Of a stretch of 64,000 nucleotides of DNA, positions 30,104 through 41,843 are shown in pieces (positions within the stretch are counted from its first letter, which is position 1; every line of letters starts with the position of its first letter). The notes under the pieces are model-generated. The model searched no databases, was not told where the DNA came from, and saw only the letters and a program-made list of their open reading frames with translations. This DNA is from Gemmatimonadales bacterium. Its GTDB lineage: Bacteria; Gemmatimonadota; Gemmatimonadetes; Gemmatimonadales; GWC2-71-9. The stretch spans positions 2,433 through 66,432 of the forward strand of contig DATLVU010000003.1 in the NCBI GenBank assembly GCA_035577025.1. Reading direction: 5' to 3'. Made by a program: the position numbers and the translations under genes.

Positions 30104-30580
30104 ATGGACGCGACGAACGATCGCTCGGGAGTCCGCATCTTTCCGCCGTTCATCTATGCGGGTCTGTTCGCAATCGCGTACGCGGTGCACCGGTTCGTGC
30201 CGTTGCATCTGTGGCCGGCTGGAGCGCCGCCGGCGGTCCGGGCGATCGCCTGGATCCTCATCGCGGTCTGGCTGGGCCTGTCGGCGAGCGCGGTGTTTTT
30301 GTTCCGCCGGGCGGGCACTACGCCGAATCCCATGGAACCGACGACGGCGGTCGTCGTGCACGGGCCATACCGCTTCACGCGCAATCCCATGTACGTGAGC
30401 CTCGTTGCGCTGTATGTCGGCGTGACCCTCTTCGTGAACTCAGCGTGGCCGCTGATCCTGCTCCCCGCCGTGGTGCTGCTCGTGCAGCGCCAGGTGATCG
30501 CCCGCGAGGAAGCCTACCTCGAGGCGAAATTCGGCGAGGAGTACCGAGCGTACAAAGCCCGGGTGCGTCGATGGATCTAA
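30104..30580 (+). CDS. Isoprenylcysteine carboxyl / phospholipid methyltransferase (ICMT) family membrane protein
   Basis: Start at ATG 30104. Multi-TM protein with the family motif HGPYRFTRNPMY and C-terminal EEAYLEAKFGEEY. Confidence 0.8.
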   Translation: MDATNDRSGVRIFPPFIYAGLFAIAYAVHRFVPLHLWPAGAPPAVRAIAWILIAVWLGLSASAVFLFRRAGTTPNPMEPTTAVVVHGPYRFTRNPMYVSLVALYVGVTLFVNSAWPLILLPAVVLLVQRQVIAREEAYLEAKFGEEYRAYKARVRRWI

Positions 30581-31470
30581 CGCAGGCTTTCCAGGTCGAG
30601 CAGTTCCGGGATTACCTGGCCCTCGAATCGGGCAACAGCACGCACACGGTGAGCAACTACGTGCGGGACGTGCGACGGCTCGCGGACTATGCCGCGACAA
30701 AGGGCGCGCGGGGCCCCGCGGATGTGACCAGCGCGCAGCTCCGGGAGTTCGTCTACGCGCTCAAGGATCTGGGGCTCGCACCCGCGACGATCCGCCGGCA
30801 AATCTCCGCGGTTCGGACTTACTATCGGTTCCTCGTGGGCGAGGGGCGTGCCACGCGTGATCCGAGCGAGCGGCTGGAATCGCCACGGCAGTGGCGCCGG
30901 CTCCCGACCGTGCTGTCCGTGGCCGAGGTCGAGCGGCTGCTGGCGGCCCCGAACACCGACGAGCCGCTCGCCATTCGCGACCGGGCCTTGCTCGAGTTCG
31001 CCTATGCGACCGGCGCGCGCGTGACGGAGGTGGTGGGGCTCGGCGTCCAGGACGTGTTCTACGAAGAAGGGCTGGCGCGCATCCTCGGGAAGGGGTCGAA
31101 GGAGCGTGTGGTCCCCGTCGGCCGCCGCGCCCTCGGCGCCGTCGCCCTGTACACCCGCGAGATCCGGCCACGCTTCGATCATGGACGAGGGCGCGGCAAA
31201 GTCTTCCTCAACGCGCGCGGCACTCCGCTCTCGCGAGTGGGCGCCTGGGGCCTCATCCGCCGCGCGGCGCGTCTCGCGGGAATCGCCAAGCGCGTCACGC
31301 CCCACACCCTGCGGCACACGTTCGCCACCCACCTGCTCGAGGGAGGCGCCGACTTGCGCGCCGTGCAGGAAATGCTCGGGCACGCGGATCTCGCCACCAC
31401 CCAACTGTACACGCACGTCGACCGGGAGTATCTCCGGAGCGTGCACCGGACCTACCACCCCCGTAGCTGA
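30571..31470 (+). CDS. xerD: Tyrosine recombinase XerD/XerC
   Basis: Start at ATG 30571. GKGSKERVVP and HTLRHTFATHLLEGGADLRAVQEMLGHADLATTQLYTHV with the catalytic Tyr. The C-terminus resembles XerD. Confidence 0.85.
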   Translation: MDLTQAFQVEQFRDYLALESGNSTHTVSNYVRDVRRLADYAATKGARGPADVTSAQLREFVYALKDLGLAPATIRRQISAVRTYYRFLVGEGRATRDPSERLESPRQWRRLPTVLSVAEVERLLAAPNTDEPLAIRDRALLEFAYATGARVTEVVGLGVQDVFYEEGLARILGKGSKERVVPVGRRALGAVALYTREIRPRFDHGRGRGKVFLNARGTPLSRVGAWGLIRRAARLAGIAKRVTPHTLRHTFATHLLEGGADLRAVQEMLGHADLATTQLYTHVDREYLRSVHRTYHPRS

Positions 31471-31477
31471 CCGACCG

Positions 31478-31750
31478 ATGTCCCGAGCCTTCGTGAAGGA
31501 GGATGCCGGCGGCGGCGCGCCCAAACGCCATTATGGCTTGCCGCCGCGCGACGATCCCGGCTTCGACGCCGCCGCCGCGACGGCGTTGCTCGAGGCGGCG
31601 CGCGTCGGCGAGACGGCCAGCGCGGAGCAGGCGACCGGTTATTACTGGGGAGAGCCGAAGCTGCACTCGCACGTGCGCCGCATTCTGGAGCGCGCCCGCG
31701 CGGAGCACGACGAGCGCTTGGAGCAGCTGGCCGAGCGATTCTTGAGCTGA
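31478..31750 (+). CDS. Small conserved hypothetical protein (MSRAFVKED... type)
   Basis: 90-aa ORF with good GC3 bias starting at ATG 31478. No motif I can assign. Confidence 0.5.
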   Translation: MSRAFVKEDAGGGAPKRHYGLPPRDDPGFDAAAATALLEAARVGETASAEQATGYYWGEPKLHSHVRRILERARAEHDERLEQLAERFLS

Positions 31751-31765
31751 AGGGCGAGCGGGCAC

Positions 31766-32665
31766 GTGCCCGAATTGCCCGACATCCTCCTGTATCAGCG
31801 CGCCCTCACGTCGCGCATCGTCGGGCAACCGCTCCAGCGCTTGCGCATCGCGAGCCCGTTCCTGCTTCGCACCGCCGACCCACCAGCCACGGACCTCGCC
31901 GGTCGGATGGTCCTCGAGGTCCAACGGCTCGGCAAGCGCATCGTCTTCAGATTCGAGGGCGACTTTTTCGCCGTCCTCCATCTGATGATCGCGGGCCGAC
32001 TCCACTGGAAGGCGCCCGGCGTGCGGATTGCCGGCCGTTCCGGCCTCGCCGCCTGGGATTTTCCGGGCGGGAGCCTGCTCCTGACGGAAGCGGGGACGAA
32101 GCACCGCGCATCGCTGCACCTGCTGCGCGGCGTCGAGGGGCTTGCCGCGCACGAACCGGGAGGCCTCGACGTGTTCCGGGCGACGCCAGAAGAGTTCCGC
32201 ACCGTCTTGACTCGTGAATCGCATACGCTCAAGCGCGCCCTCACCGATCCGCATTTGTTCGACGGAATCGGCAACGCGTATTCCGACGAAATCCTGCATG
32301 CGGCCCGCCTGTCGCCCCTGCGGCTCACCGCGCTGCTCACCCCGGAGGAGATCGAACGGTTGCACCGGGCGACGAGACAAACCCTCGACCATTGGATCCA
32401 GCGCCTGCAGGTAGACGCCGGAGACCAGTTCCCGGAGAAGGTCACGGCGTTTCGCGAGGGGATGGCCGTGCACGGCCGGTACCGCCAGCCGTGCCCGGTC
32501 TGCGGGTCGCCGGTCCAGCGGATCCGCTACGCCGCAAACGAGGTGAACTACTGCGCCACCTGCCAGACTGGTGGCCGGCTCCTCGCCGACCGCTCCTTGT
32601 CCCGCTTGTTGAAGGAGGACTGGCCGAGGTCGCTCGACGAGTGGGAGGAGCGCGTCGGCCGGTAG
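31766..32665 (+). CDS. Fpg/Nei-family DNA glycosylase/AP lyase
   Basis: N-terminal M-PELP (catalytic Pro2/Glu3). H2TH region and C-terminal zinc finger CPVCGSPV...YCATCQ. Confidence 0.85.
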   Translation: MPELPDILLYQRALTSRIVGQPLQRLRIASPFLLRTADPPATDLAGRMVLEVQRLGKRIVFRFEGDFFAVLHLMIAGRLHWKAPGVRIAGRSGLAAWDFPGGSLLLTEAGTKHRASLHLLRGVEGLAAHEPGGLDVFRATPEEFRTVLTRESHTLKRALTDPHLFDGIGNAYSDEILHAARLSPLRLTALLTPEEIERLHRATRQTLDHWIQRLQVDAGDQFPEKVTAFREGMAVHGRYRQPCPVCGSPVQRIRYAANEVNYCATCQTGGRLLADRSLSRLLKEDWPRSLDEWEERVGR

Positions 32666-32680
32666 CTGTATCTTTGCGGC

Positions 32681-33088
32681 ATGACGATGCAGCCTGTCCG
32701 ATTCGAGCGCGCCTTTCCCGTGAGCCCGGCGGATATCGACGACCTCGGCCACGTGAACAACGTCGTCTACGTCCGCTGGGTGCAGGATGTCGCCGCGGCC
32801 CATTGGACGGCGGCGACCACGGCGGCAGAGCGCGCCGGTGTCGGGTGGGTCGTGCTCCGCCATGAGATCGACTACAAGCATCCCGCGAGGGCAGGGGACG
32901 AGGTAGTGGTCTGCACCTGGGTGGGCCCGCCCACTGCCGCCACGTTCGAGCGGCACACCGAGATCCTCCGGGCGGCGGATCGGCGCGTGCTCGCCCGCGC
33001 CCGGTCGCTGTGGTGCCCCGTCAACCCGCAGACCGGCCGGGTCCAACGCATCGATCCGGCGCTCCACGACCGGTTCTACTCCGCGTGA
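32681..33088 (+). CDS. Acyl-CoA thioesterase, 4HBT/YbgC-like hotdog fold
   Basis: 135 aa. VSPADIDDLGHVNNVVYVRW is the typical hotdog thioesterase N-terminal motif. Confidence 0.8.
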   Translation: MTMQPVRFERAFPVSPADIDDLGHVNNVVYVRWVQDVAAAHWTAATTAAERAGVGWVVLRHEIDYKHPARAGDEVVVCTWVGPPTAATFERHTEILRAADRRVLARARSLWCPVNPQTGRVQRIDPALHDRFYSA

Positions 33089-33312
33089 AACCTCGCCTCG
33101 TCGTTGCCGTGCTGGTCTTTCTCGTCCCCGTGGCGGCACTCGTGTTCGTGCTGCACCCGGTGTGCGTCCCGCTCACGGCCGACGACCTGAAGACGTTCAA
33201 CGTCCCAATCGAGCAGCGCACGGATCGTGACTTCTATCTGAAGGTCTTCCAGCGCCGGGGCGGCCAGTGGTATCAGTGCAAGACGTGGATCTCGCGATTC
33301 TTTTTCTTCTGA
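33085..33312 (+). CDS. Small hypothetical membrane-anchored protein
   Basis: GTG 33085 overlaps the thioesterase stop. 75 aa with an N-terminal hydrophobic helix (LVVAVLVFLVPVAALVFVL). No recognisable family. Confidence 0.4.
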   Translation: MKPRLVVAVLVFLVPVAALVFVLHPVCVPLTADDLKTFNVPIEQRTDRDFYLKVFQRRGGQWYQCKTWISRFFFF

Positions 33313-33325
33313 CTAGGTTTCGGGC

Positions 33326-33916
33326 ATGCTGTTCGTGCTCGACAACTACGACTCGTTCACGTACAACCTCGTCCAGCTGTTCGGCGAGCTCGGCGCCGAG
33401 CCGGTCGTGTACCGCAACGACGCGCTCACCGTCGACCAGGTGATCGCCTTGAAGCCCACGGCTGCTGTGCTGTCACCGGGCCCGGGAACTCCTGCCCAGG
33501 CCGGAATCCTGGTCCCCCTCGTCAAGGCGCTCGCCGGCCGGGTCCCGGTACTGGGCGTTTGCCTCGGTCACCAAGCGATCGGCGAGGCGTTCGGGGGGCG
33601 CGTGGTCCGGGCCGACCGGTTGATGCACGGGAAGACGTGCGAAGTGGTCCATGAGGACGACGAGTTGTTCGAAGGCGTGCCCAGCCCGGTGACCGGCATG
33701 CGCTATCACTCCCTGGTCGTCGAGCCGAAGTCCCTGCCTAAAGACCTGGTCATCACCGCCTGGAGCGCCGACCGGCCCAAGGACGCCGAGATCATGGCGA
33801 TGAAGCACCGCCGGCACGCCCTGTACGGGGTCCAGTTCCACCCGGAGTCCATCGGGACGGAGCGCGGGAAGCAGCTGCTCGAGAATTTTCTGCGCGTTGC
33901 CCACGCCGCGGCGTAA
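33326..33916 (+). CDS. Glutamine amidotransferase component of anthranilate / aminodeoxychorismate synthase
   Basis: MLFVLDNYDSFTYNLVQ..., catalytic Cys in LGVCLGHQ and His/Glu in VQFHPES. Confidence 0.9.
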   Translation: MLFVLDNYDSFTYNLVQLFGELGAEPVVYRNDALTVDQVIALKPTAAVLSPGPGTPAQAGILVPLVKALAGRVPVLGVCLGHQAIGEAFGGRVVRADRLMHGKTCEVVHEDDELFEGVPSPVTGMRYHSLVVEPKSLPKDLVITAWSADRPKDAEIMAMKHRRHALYGVQFHPESIGTERGKQLLENFLRVAHAAA

Positions 33917-33990
33917 GCGCTTAACGCCCGTCTTGACTGTGGGTTAGTCTCAGGACTAGACGTCACGGCACGGATTTTGTATGTTCCCCC

Positions 33991-36410
<2,420 letters not shown>

Positions 36411-36411
36411 C

Positions 36412-37227
36412 ATGCCGTCCCACTTCGGGGGAGCCTCCCCGTTCCTCATCGCGGGGCCCTGCGTCGTCGAATCCGACGACTTGAACCTGCGCGTGGGCGA
36501 AGCACTCGCCGACCTCGCGGGCAAGCTGGGCGTGCACGTCATCTACAAGGCGTCCTACGACAAGGCCAACCGGTCGCGCCACGGCGCGGGGCGGGGTCCC
36601 GGACTCGAGCGGGGCCTCAAGGCGCTCGAGCGCGTGCACGCGACCACCGGACTGCCGATCCTCACTGACGTCCACGAAGCCAATCAGGTGCCTGCGGCCG
36701 CTCAGGTAGCCGATGTGCTGCAGATCCCCGCGTTCCTCTGTCGGCAGACCGATCTCCTCGTGGCGGCAGGGCGCGCCGGGCGTGCGGTCAACGTCAAGAA
36801 GGGGCAGTGGATGTCTCCGGAAGGGATGTCCGGCGCCGTGGACAAGGTCCGCGCCGGCAAACCGCCCGAGGTCGCCGTCACCGAGCGAGGCACGTTCTTC
36901 GGATACGGCGACCTGGTGGTCGACATGCGGAACTTCGCGCGCCTGCGCGCCGCGTGCGGCGTACCGGTCGTATTCGACGCCACGCACGCAGTCCAGCAAC
37001 CGGGGCAGGGACCGGACGGCTCGAGCGGCGGCCGACGCGAGTTCATTCCGCCCCTGCTATATGCCGCCGCGGCCGCGGGGGCAGATGGATTCTTTCTCGA
37101 GACGCATCCCGATCCCGACCGTGCGCCGTCCGACGGGCCGAATATGGTGCCGCTCGACGAGCTGCCGGGGATCGTGAGCGTAGCGCTCGACATCTGGCAG
37201 CGGGCGCGGGAGGCTGTCCGTGCCTAG
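36412..37227 (+). CDS. kdsA: 2-dehydro-3-deoxyphosphooctonate aldolase (Kdo8P synthase)
   Basis: IAGPCVVES and KASYDKANRS motifs. 271 aa. Confidence 0.93.
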   Translation: MPSHFGGASPFLIAGPCVVESDDLNLRVGEALADLAGKLGVHVIYKASYDKANRSRHGAGRGPGLERGLKALERVHATTGLPILTDVHEANQVPAAAQVADVLQIPAFLCRQTDLLVAAGRAGRAVNVKKGQWMSPEGMSGAVDKVRAGKPPEVAVTERGTFFGYGDLVVDMRNFARLRAACGVPVVFDATHAVQQPGQGPDGSSGGRREFIPPLLYAAAAAGADGFFLETHPDPDRAPSDGPNMVPLDELPGIVSVALDIWQRAREAVRA

Positions 37228-37804
37228 ACCAACGCTCGACGCCGGGCTCGCCCGCCGCTTGAAGCTCGTCGGCTTCGACGTCGACGGCGTCCTGACCGAC
37301 AACGGGGTCTACATCGGTATGGTCGGCGACCACCCGGTGGAGTTCAAACGGTTTCACATCCAGGACGGCATCGGTATCCGCATGGTCCGCTCCGCCGGGC
37401 TCGCCGTCGCGTGGGTATCGGGACGGGAATCGGCCGCTACCGCGCTCCGCGCTCGCGAGCTCGGCGTGGACGAGCTGATCCAGGACCCCAACGCGCGCAA
37501 GCTTCCCGCATTCGAGGACCTGCTGGCGCGGCGAGGACTGAGTTGGGAGGAGTGCGCCTTCGTCGGCGACGACCTCGCTGACTTGCCGCTGCTGGCCCGC
37601 GTGGGCCTCCCCATCGGTGTGGCGAATGGTGTGCGCGAAGTGAAGGACGCCGCGCGCATCGTCACGACCGCGCCGGGGGGCCAAGGGGCCGTGCGTGAGG
37701 TTGTGGAGCTGATCCTCAAGGCCCGCGGCGAATGGGAGGGTCTCGTCAACAGGTTTTTTGGTGAGCACAGCGATGCCCCGCACGGAGCCCACCGACCTCG
37801 TTGA
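37220..37804 (+). CDS. kdsC: Kdo 8-phosphate phosphatase (HAD-IIIA)
   Basis: FDVDGVLTDNGVY and GDDLADLP HAD motifs. GTG 37220 overlaps the kdsA end. Confidence 0.85.
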   Translation: MPRPTLDAGLARRLKLVGFDVDGVLTDNGVYIGMVGDHPVEFKRFHIQDGIGIRMVRSAGLAVAWVSGRESAATALRARELGVDELIQDPNARKLPAFEDLLARRGLSWEECAFVGDDLADLPLLARVGLPIGVANGVREVKDAARIVTTAPGGQGAVREVVELILKARGEWEGLVNRFFGEHSDAPHGAHRPR

Positions 37805-38747
37805 GCGCGGGCGCCGCGTGCTGGCCCTCGAAGCGGGCGCGATTACTCGCGTCGCCGAGCGGCTGAGCCCTGCGTTCACCGCGGCGGTACGCCTTCTCGC
37901 GTCCGCCAAGGGACGCGTGATCGTGTCAGGCGTGGGCAAGTCGGGTCTGATCGCGCGCAAGATCGCCGCGACGTTTACCTCCACGGGAACGCAGGCCTCG
38001 TTTCTCCACCCGGTGGACTCCTTGCACGGCGACCTGGGACTCGTGGGCCGGGACGACGTCGCGCTCGTGCTGTCCAAGAGCGGGGCGTCGGACGAGCTGT
38101 TCGGGTTGGTGGGCCAGCTCAAGCGGCTCGGCGTGCCGATCATCGCGCTCACCGGCGATCCCGACTCGGTGCTCGCCCGCCAGTGCGACGTGGCGCTCGA
38201 TGCGAGTGTGGTGGAGGAAGCGTGTGCCGAAACCCTCGCCCCGACCGCAAGCACCACGGCCGCGCTCGCGTTGGGCGACGCCCTGGCGGTGACGCTCCTC
38301 GAGGTCAAGGGCTTCAAACGCGAGGACTTCGCGGCGCTGCACCCGGCGGGCGCGCTCGGCCGCAACCTGTTGCTCCGCGTCGCCGACGTCATGCTCGATC
38401 GGGACGTGCCTACGCTCGGCCCCGAGCGCCCGATGCGCGAGTGCGTCGTGCTCCTCGCGGAGAAACGGGGCACGGTCGCAGTGGTGGACGGCGCGGGGAG
38501 CCTCCTCGGCGTCGTCACCGCGGGCGACCTCACACGACTGATGGAGCGGACCGATCGCTTCCTCGATATCCCCGTCGGCGACGTGATGACCAAGACCCCG
38601 AAGACCATCACGCCGGACGTGCTGGCGGGCGCTGCGGTCCAGGTGATGGAGCGCTACGGCATCATGGCGTTGCCGGTCCTGGATGGCGGCCGGCGCGTGG
38701 TCGGGATGGTGCACCTGCACGACCTGATGAAGGCGGGGGCGGCGTGA
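37758..38747 (+). CDS. kdsD: Arabinose-5-phosphate isomerase (SIS + tandem CBS)
   Basis: SIS motif VSGVGKSGLIARKIAATFTSTG and two C-terminal CBS domains. The start may be TTG 37758, GTG 37761 or ATG 37773. Confidence 0.9.
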   Translation: MVSTAMPRTEPTDLVERGRRVLALEAGAITRVAERLSPAFTAAVRLLASAKGRVIVSGVGKSGLIARKIAATFTSTGTQASFLHPVDSLHGDLGLVGRDDVALVLSKSGASDELFGLVGQLKRLGVPIIALTGDPDSVLARQCDVALDASVVEEACAETLAPTASTTAALALGDALAVTLLEVKGFKREDFAALHPAGALGRNLLLRVADVMLDRDVPTLGPERPMRECVVLLAEKRGTVAVVDGAGSLLGVVTAGDLTRLMERTDRFLDIPVGDVMTKTPKTITPDVLAGAAVQVMERYGIMALPVLDGGRRVVGMVHLHDLMKAGAA

Positions 38748-39283
38748 AGGCCCGGCACGCGGTGTTGCTCTACGTCGTCTCGGTTTGCGCATGCGAGACG
38801 GGCATCAAACCGACCGCGGTCGTACAGGCGGCCGACTCGGCCGACCAGGTCCTGTTCAACATGTCTCACTACGTCATGAACGAAGGGGTCCAGCGAGCCC
38901 ACGTGCTGGCCGACACCGCCTACTTCTATTCGCCGACGCAGACCGCCGAGCTGCGGAACGTCCACATTACGTTCTTCGATCAACGCGGCGCGCAAACCTC
39001 GAACCTCACGTCGCTCGAGGGGACCTATCACTGGCAGACGGGCGACATGGAGGCACGCGGGCACGTAGTCGTCGTGCGCGTTGATAGCGCGACGCTGCGG
39101 ACCGCGGTGGTTCGCTACAGTCAGTCGAGGAACCAGGTCAGCTCCGACCAGATATTCGTCTTCGATCAGCCCGGTGGGCGCCACATCGTCGGACAAGGCT
39201 TCACGGCCGACCCGGACTTCAAGGTCGTGACCGCGACCAAGCCCGTGGGACAGGGCGGCAGCTTCACCCTGCCGAACCAATGA
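38744..39283 (+). CDS. lptC: LptC-like LPS export protein (probable lipoprotein/anchored)
   Basis: GTG 38744 overlaps the kdsD stop. 179 aa with an N-terminal hydrophobic/Cys segment (LLYVVSVCAC), a beta-rich body and the canonical position between kdsD and lptA. Confidence 0.55.
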   Translation: MKARHAVLLYVVSVCACETGIKPTAVVQAADSADQVLFNMSHYVMNEGVQRAHVLADTAYFYSPTQTAELRNVHITFFDQRGAQTSNLTSLEGTYHWQTGDMEARGHVVVVRVDSATLRTAVVRYSQSRNQVSSDQIFVFDQPGGRHIVGQGFTADPDFKVVTATKPVGQGGSFTLPNQ

Positions 39284-40638
39284 TGGCTACCGTTTTCCTC
39301 GTCGCGCTCGCCCAGCAGCCCTCACCGCCTCCGGCGCCCGCGGATACGGGCCGCGGCCGGCCCTGCAAGGTCGTGATCGACTCCGTGGGGCGGCAGGCAC
39401 AGCAAGTGGAGGTGCGAGCCGGAGAGACCAATGTATTCGCCGGTGGGGGCGTGCTAGCGCACTGCGACGGCACGGGCACCACGCTCTCGGCCGACAGTGT
39501 CGCGTGGTTCGCGGGCGTCAAACGGTTCGAGATGATGGGCCAGCGCAACATCGTCCACATCCGCGACACCACGCTCACCCTCGACGCGACCACGGCGACT
39601 TACTATCTCAATCAGGAACGACTCGAGGCGCACCGCAACGTGGTCGCGGTCAATCGCGTTACGGGATCCGTACTGCGCGGACCCAATCTCACCTACTACC
39701 GAGTCGTTCCCGGGATCCGCGACACAATCGAGATGTATAGCTCAGGTCGCCCCACCATCGACTATCACACGACGGCCGATTCCGGCGAGCCCTACGTGAT
39801 CGTCGCCGATCGGGTGCGCCTGAAGGGCAACGACCGGATGTGGGGAGGCGGGCGGGTGACGATCGACCGCAGCGACTTTGCCGCCCAAGGCGATTCGATG
39901 CAGCTCGACCAGCCCGCCGGGTTCGGCGTGCTCGTCGGCAAGCCGGCGGTGGAAGGAAAAGGCGCCCGGGCCTACAGACTCACCGGTACGCGGATCGAGC
40001 TGGGCCTGGCGGGCCGCGAAGTGAAGCGCGTGAAGGCCCTCGGCAACGGCGTGGCGACGGGCGCGGACTGGCGCCTCACGGCCGACACGATCGACCTGAA
40101 CTTAGACCGGGGCAAGCTGCAACGAGCCTTCGCTTGGGGTCCGAAGGACTCGGTCAAGGCACGCGCCGTGTCCGCGACGAACACGATCCGGTCCGACTCC
40201 CTTGCGGTCGACCTTCCGGATGAAGTGCTCACGGAGGTCCGTGCCTTCGGGCACGCCCTGTCAACCATGAAGAAGGACTCGACCACGAAGGCGGAGACCG
40301 ATTGGATCGCGGGCGACTCGCTCACCGCCCGGTGGGCGCAGGTGCCCGACTCTGCCGGTACGGCCAGGAGCAAGCTGCACCTGGTGATCTCGCGGAACAA
40401 CGCCCGCGCGTTGACGCACACGCAGAGCGAGCACGACACGGCCGGCCCGTCGATCAACTACTCCCGGGGACAGCTCATCCGGGTCGTGATGAAGGGGGAA
40501 AAGATCGACACCGTGACGGTGACGGGACACGCCGACGGCGTGCAGCTCGATCACAAGCCGCCGGCGCCGCCCGACACGTCGAAGCATCCCAAGACGCCTC
40601 CGGCGTCCCCTCCACCTCCTCCCACGCCGCACCCATGA
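39280..40638 (+). CDS. lptA: OstA/LptA-like periplasmic protein, enlarged (452 aa) with Pro-rich tail
   Basis: ATG overlaps the lptC stop and the gene sits upstream of lptB. The sequence is repetitive and beta-rich, compatible with OstA-like jellyroll repeats. The C-terminus is [26 protein letters not shown]. Confidence 0.5.
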   Translation: MMATVFLVALAQQPSPPPAPADTGRGRPCKVVIDSVGRQAQQVEVRAGETNVFAGGGVLAHCDGTGTTLSADSVAWFAGVKRFEMMGQRNIVHIRDTTLTLDATTATYYLNQERLEAHRNVVAVNRVTGSVLRGPNLTYYRVVPGIRDTIEMYSSGRPTIDYHTTADSGEPYVIVADRVRLKGNDRMWGGGRVTIDRSDFAAQGDSMQLDQPAGFGVLVGKPAVEGKGARAYRLTGTRIELGLAGREVKRVKALGNGVATGADWRLTADTIDLNLDRGKLQRAFAWGPKDSVKARAVSATNTIRSDSLAVDLPDEVLTEVRAFGHALSTMKKDSTTKAETDWIAGDSLTARWAQVPDSAGTARSKLHLVISRNNARALTHTQSEHDTAGPSINYSRGQLIRVVMKGEKIDTVTVTGHADGVQLDHKPPAPPDTSKHPKTPPASPPPPPTPHP

Positions 40639-41843
40639 CGGCCCAGCAACCGCCGCAGCGTCTGGCCGACCTGATGGCCGCGCGGGACTCCTCCCTCCCG
40701 CTCGCCGCCGCGGCGCTGGCGCGCATCGCCGACGCGCGGGGCGGGGCATCGCTCGGCGAGCTGGCGATCGCATATCGGGAAGAATTCTTGAAGCTCCGGG
40801 CGAGAGGCGCGGAGGGGGGGTTGCCGGAGCTGGGGGCGTTGTCGATGGAGCAGTTCCGCGCCACGCTGCGGACCTCGGTCCTGCCCCGGCTCGCCCTCCT
40901 CAAAGTGGTCGAGTACCCCCCCCTGGGCGTCCCGTCCGACCTCACGCCCATCACGTTCACGGGCGATGTGTGGGCCGAGGTGCTCGCCGACCGTGTCGCG
41001 GTGGCGGACCGTCTGCTCGAGGCCGCGGAGCGCGCGGTGGCGCGCGCGGAAGCCGCGAGCGGCGAGCATCCGGTGGTGACAGGCGGGAGCCGCCTGGAAG
41101 CGCGCGGGCTCGTGAAAGTCTATAAGGGCCGCTCGGTCGTCAACGATGTGAGCGTGCAGCTCGAGCAGGGAGAGATCGTGGGCCTGCTCGGGCCGAATGG
41201 TGCCGGCAAGACGACGACCTTTTACATGATCACGGGGTTGATCCGGCCCGATGGCGGGCAGATCGAATTCGACGGCCGGGACATCACCGACCAGCCGATG
41301 TACCGCCGGGCGCGGATGGGCATCGGCTATTTGGCACAGGAGCCGTCGGTGTTCCGCAAGCTGACGGTGGAGGAGAATGTCCAGGCGATTCTCGAAACCC
41401 TTCCGATCACTGACGCTGAGCGCGCGCAACGGCTGGAGCGGCTGCTCGACGAGCTCCAGATCAAGCACCTGCGGCGGCAGAAGGGCTTCCAGCTATCCGG
41501 CGGCGAGCGGCGTCGCCTCGAGATCACCCGCGCGCTCGTCACCGAGCCCAAGTTCATGCTGCTCGACGAGCCGTTCGCGGGCGTGGACCCGATCGCCGTG
41601 CACGACATTCAAACCATCGTGGCCGGGCTGCGGCACCGCGGGATCGGCGTGCTGATCACGGATCACAACGTGGAGCAGACGCTCGACATCGTGGATCGCG
41701 CCTACATCATGTTCGAGGGCAAGGTCCAGGTCGCGGGCAGCGTCCGGGAGCTCGTGTTCGACGACCGCGTGGCGAACCTGTACCTCGGCCCCACCCTGAC
41801 GGCCCGTCTCCGCGCCCGCCTCGGGCAGCCGCAGCCGGTATGA
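40635..41843 (+). CDS. lptB: LPS export ABC transporter ATPase LptB with ~146-aa N-terminal extension
   Basis: ABC core [33 protein letters not shown] and [11 protein letters not shown] 40635 overlaps the lptA stop and there is no in-frame stop before the ABC domain. Alternative internal GTG at 41073. Confidence 0.85.
   Translation: MTAQQPPQRLADLMAARDSSLPLAAAALARIADARGGASLGELAIAYREEFLKLRARGAEGGLPELGALSMEQFRATLRTSVLPRLALLKVVEYPPLGVPSDLTPITFTGDVWAEVLADRVAVADRLLEAAERAVARAEAASGEHPVVTGGSRLEARGLVKVYKGRSVVNDVSVQLEQGEIVGLLGPNGAGKTTTFYMITGLIRPDGGQIEFDGRDITDQPMYRRARMGIGYLAQEPSVFRKLTVEENVQAILETLPITDAERAQRLERLLDELQIKHLRRQKGFQLSGGERRRLEITRALVTEPKFMLLDEPFAGVDPIAVHDIQTIVAGLRHRGIGVLITDHNVEQTLDIVDRAYIMFEGKVQVAGSVRELVFDDRVANLYLGPTLTARLRARLGQPQPV

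Noticed and set aside
33933-33962. TTGACT -35-like hexamer in the pabA-kdsB spacer, considered as the promoter of the Kdo/Lpt/rpoN block.
   Set aside because: No acceptable -10 hexamer lies at 16-18-nt spacing (CTAGAC and TAGACG only). The evidence is too weak to annotate.
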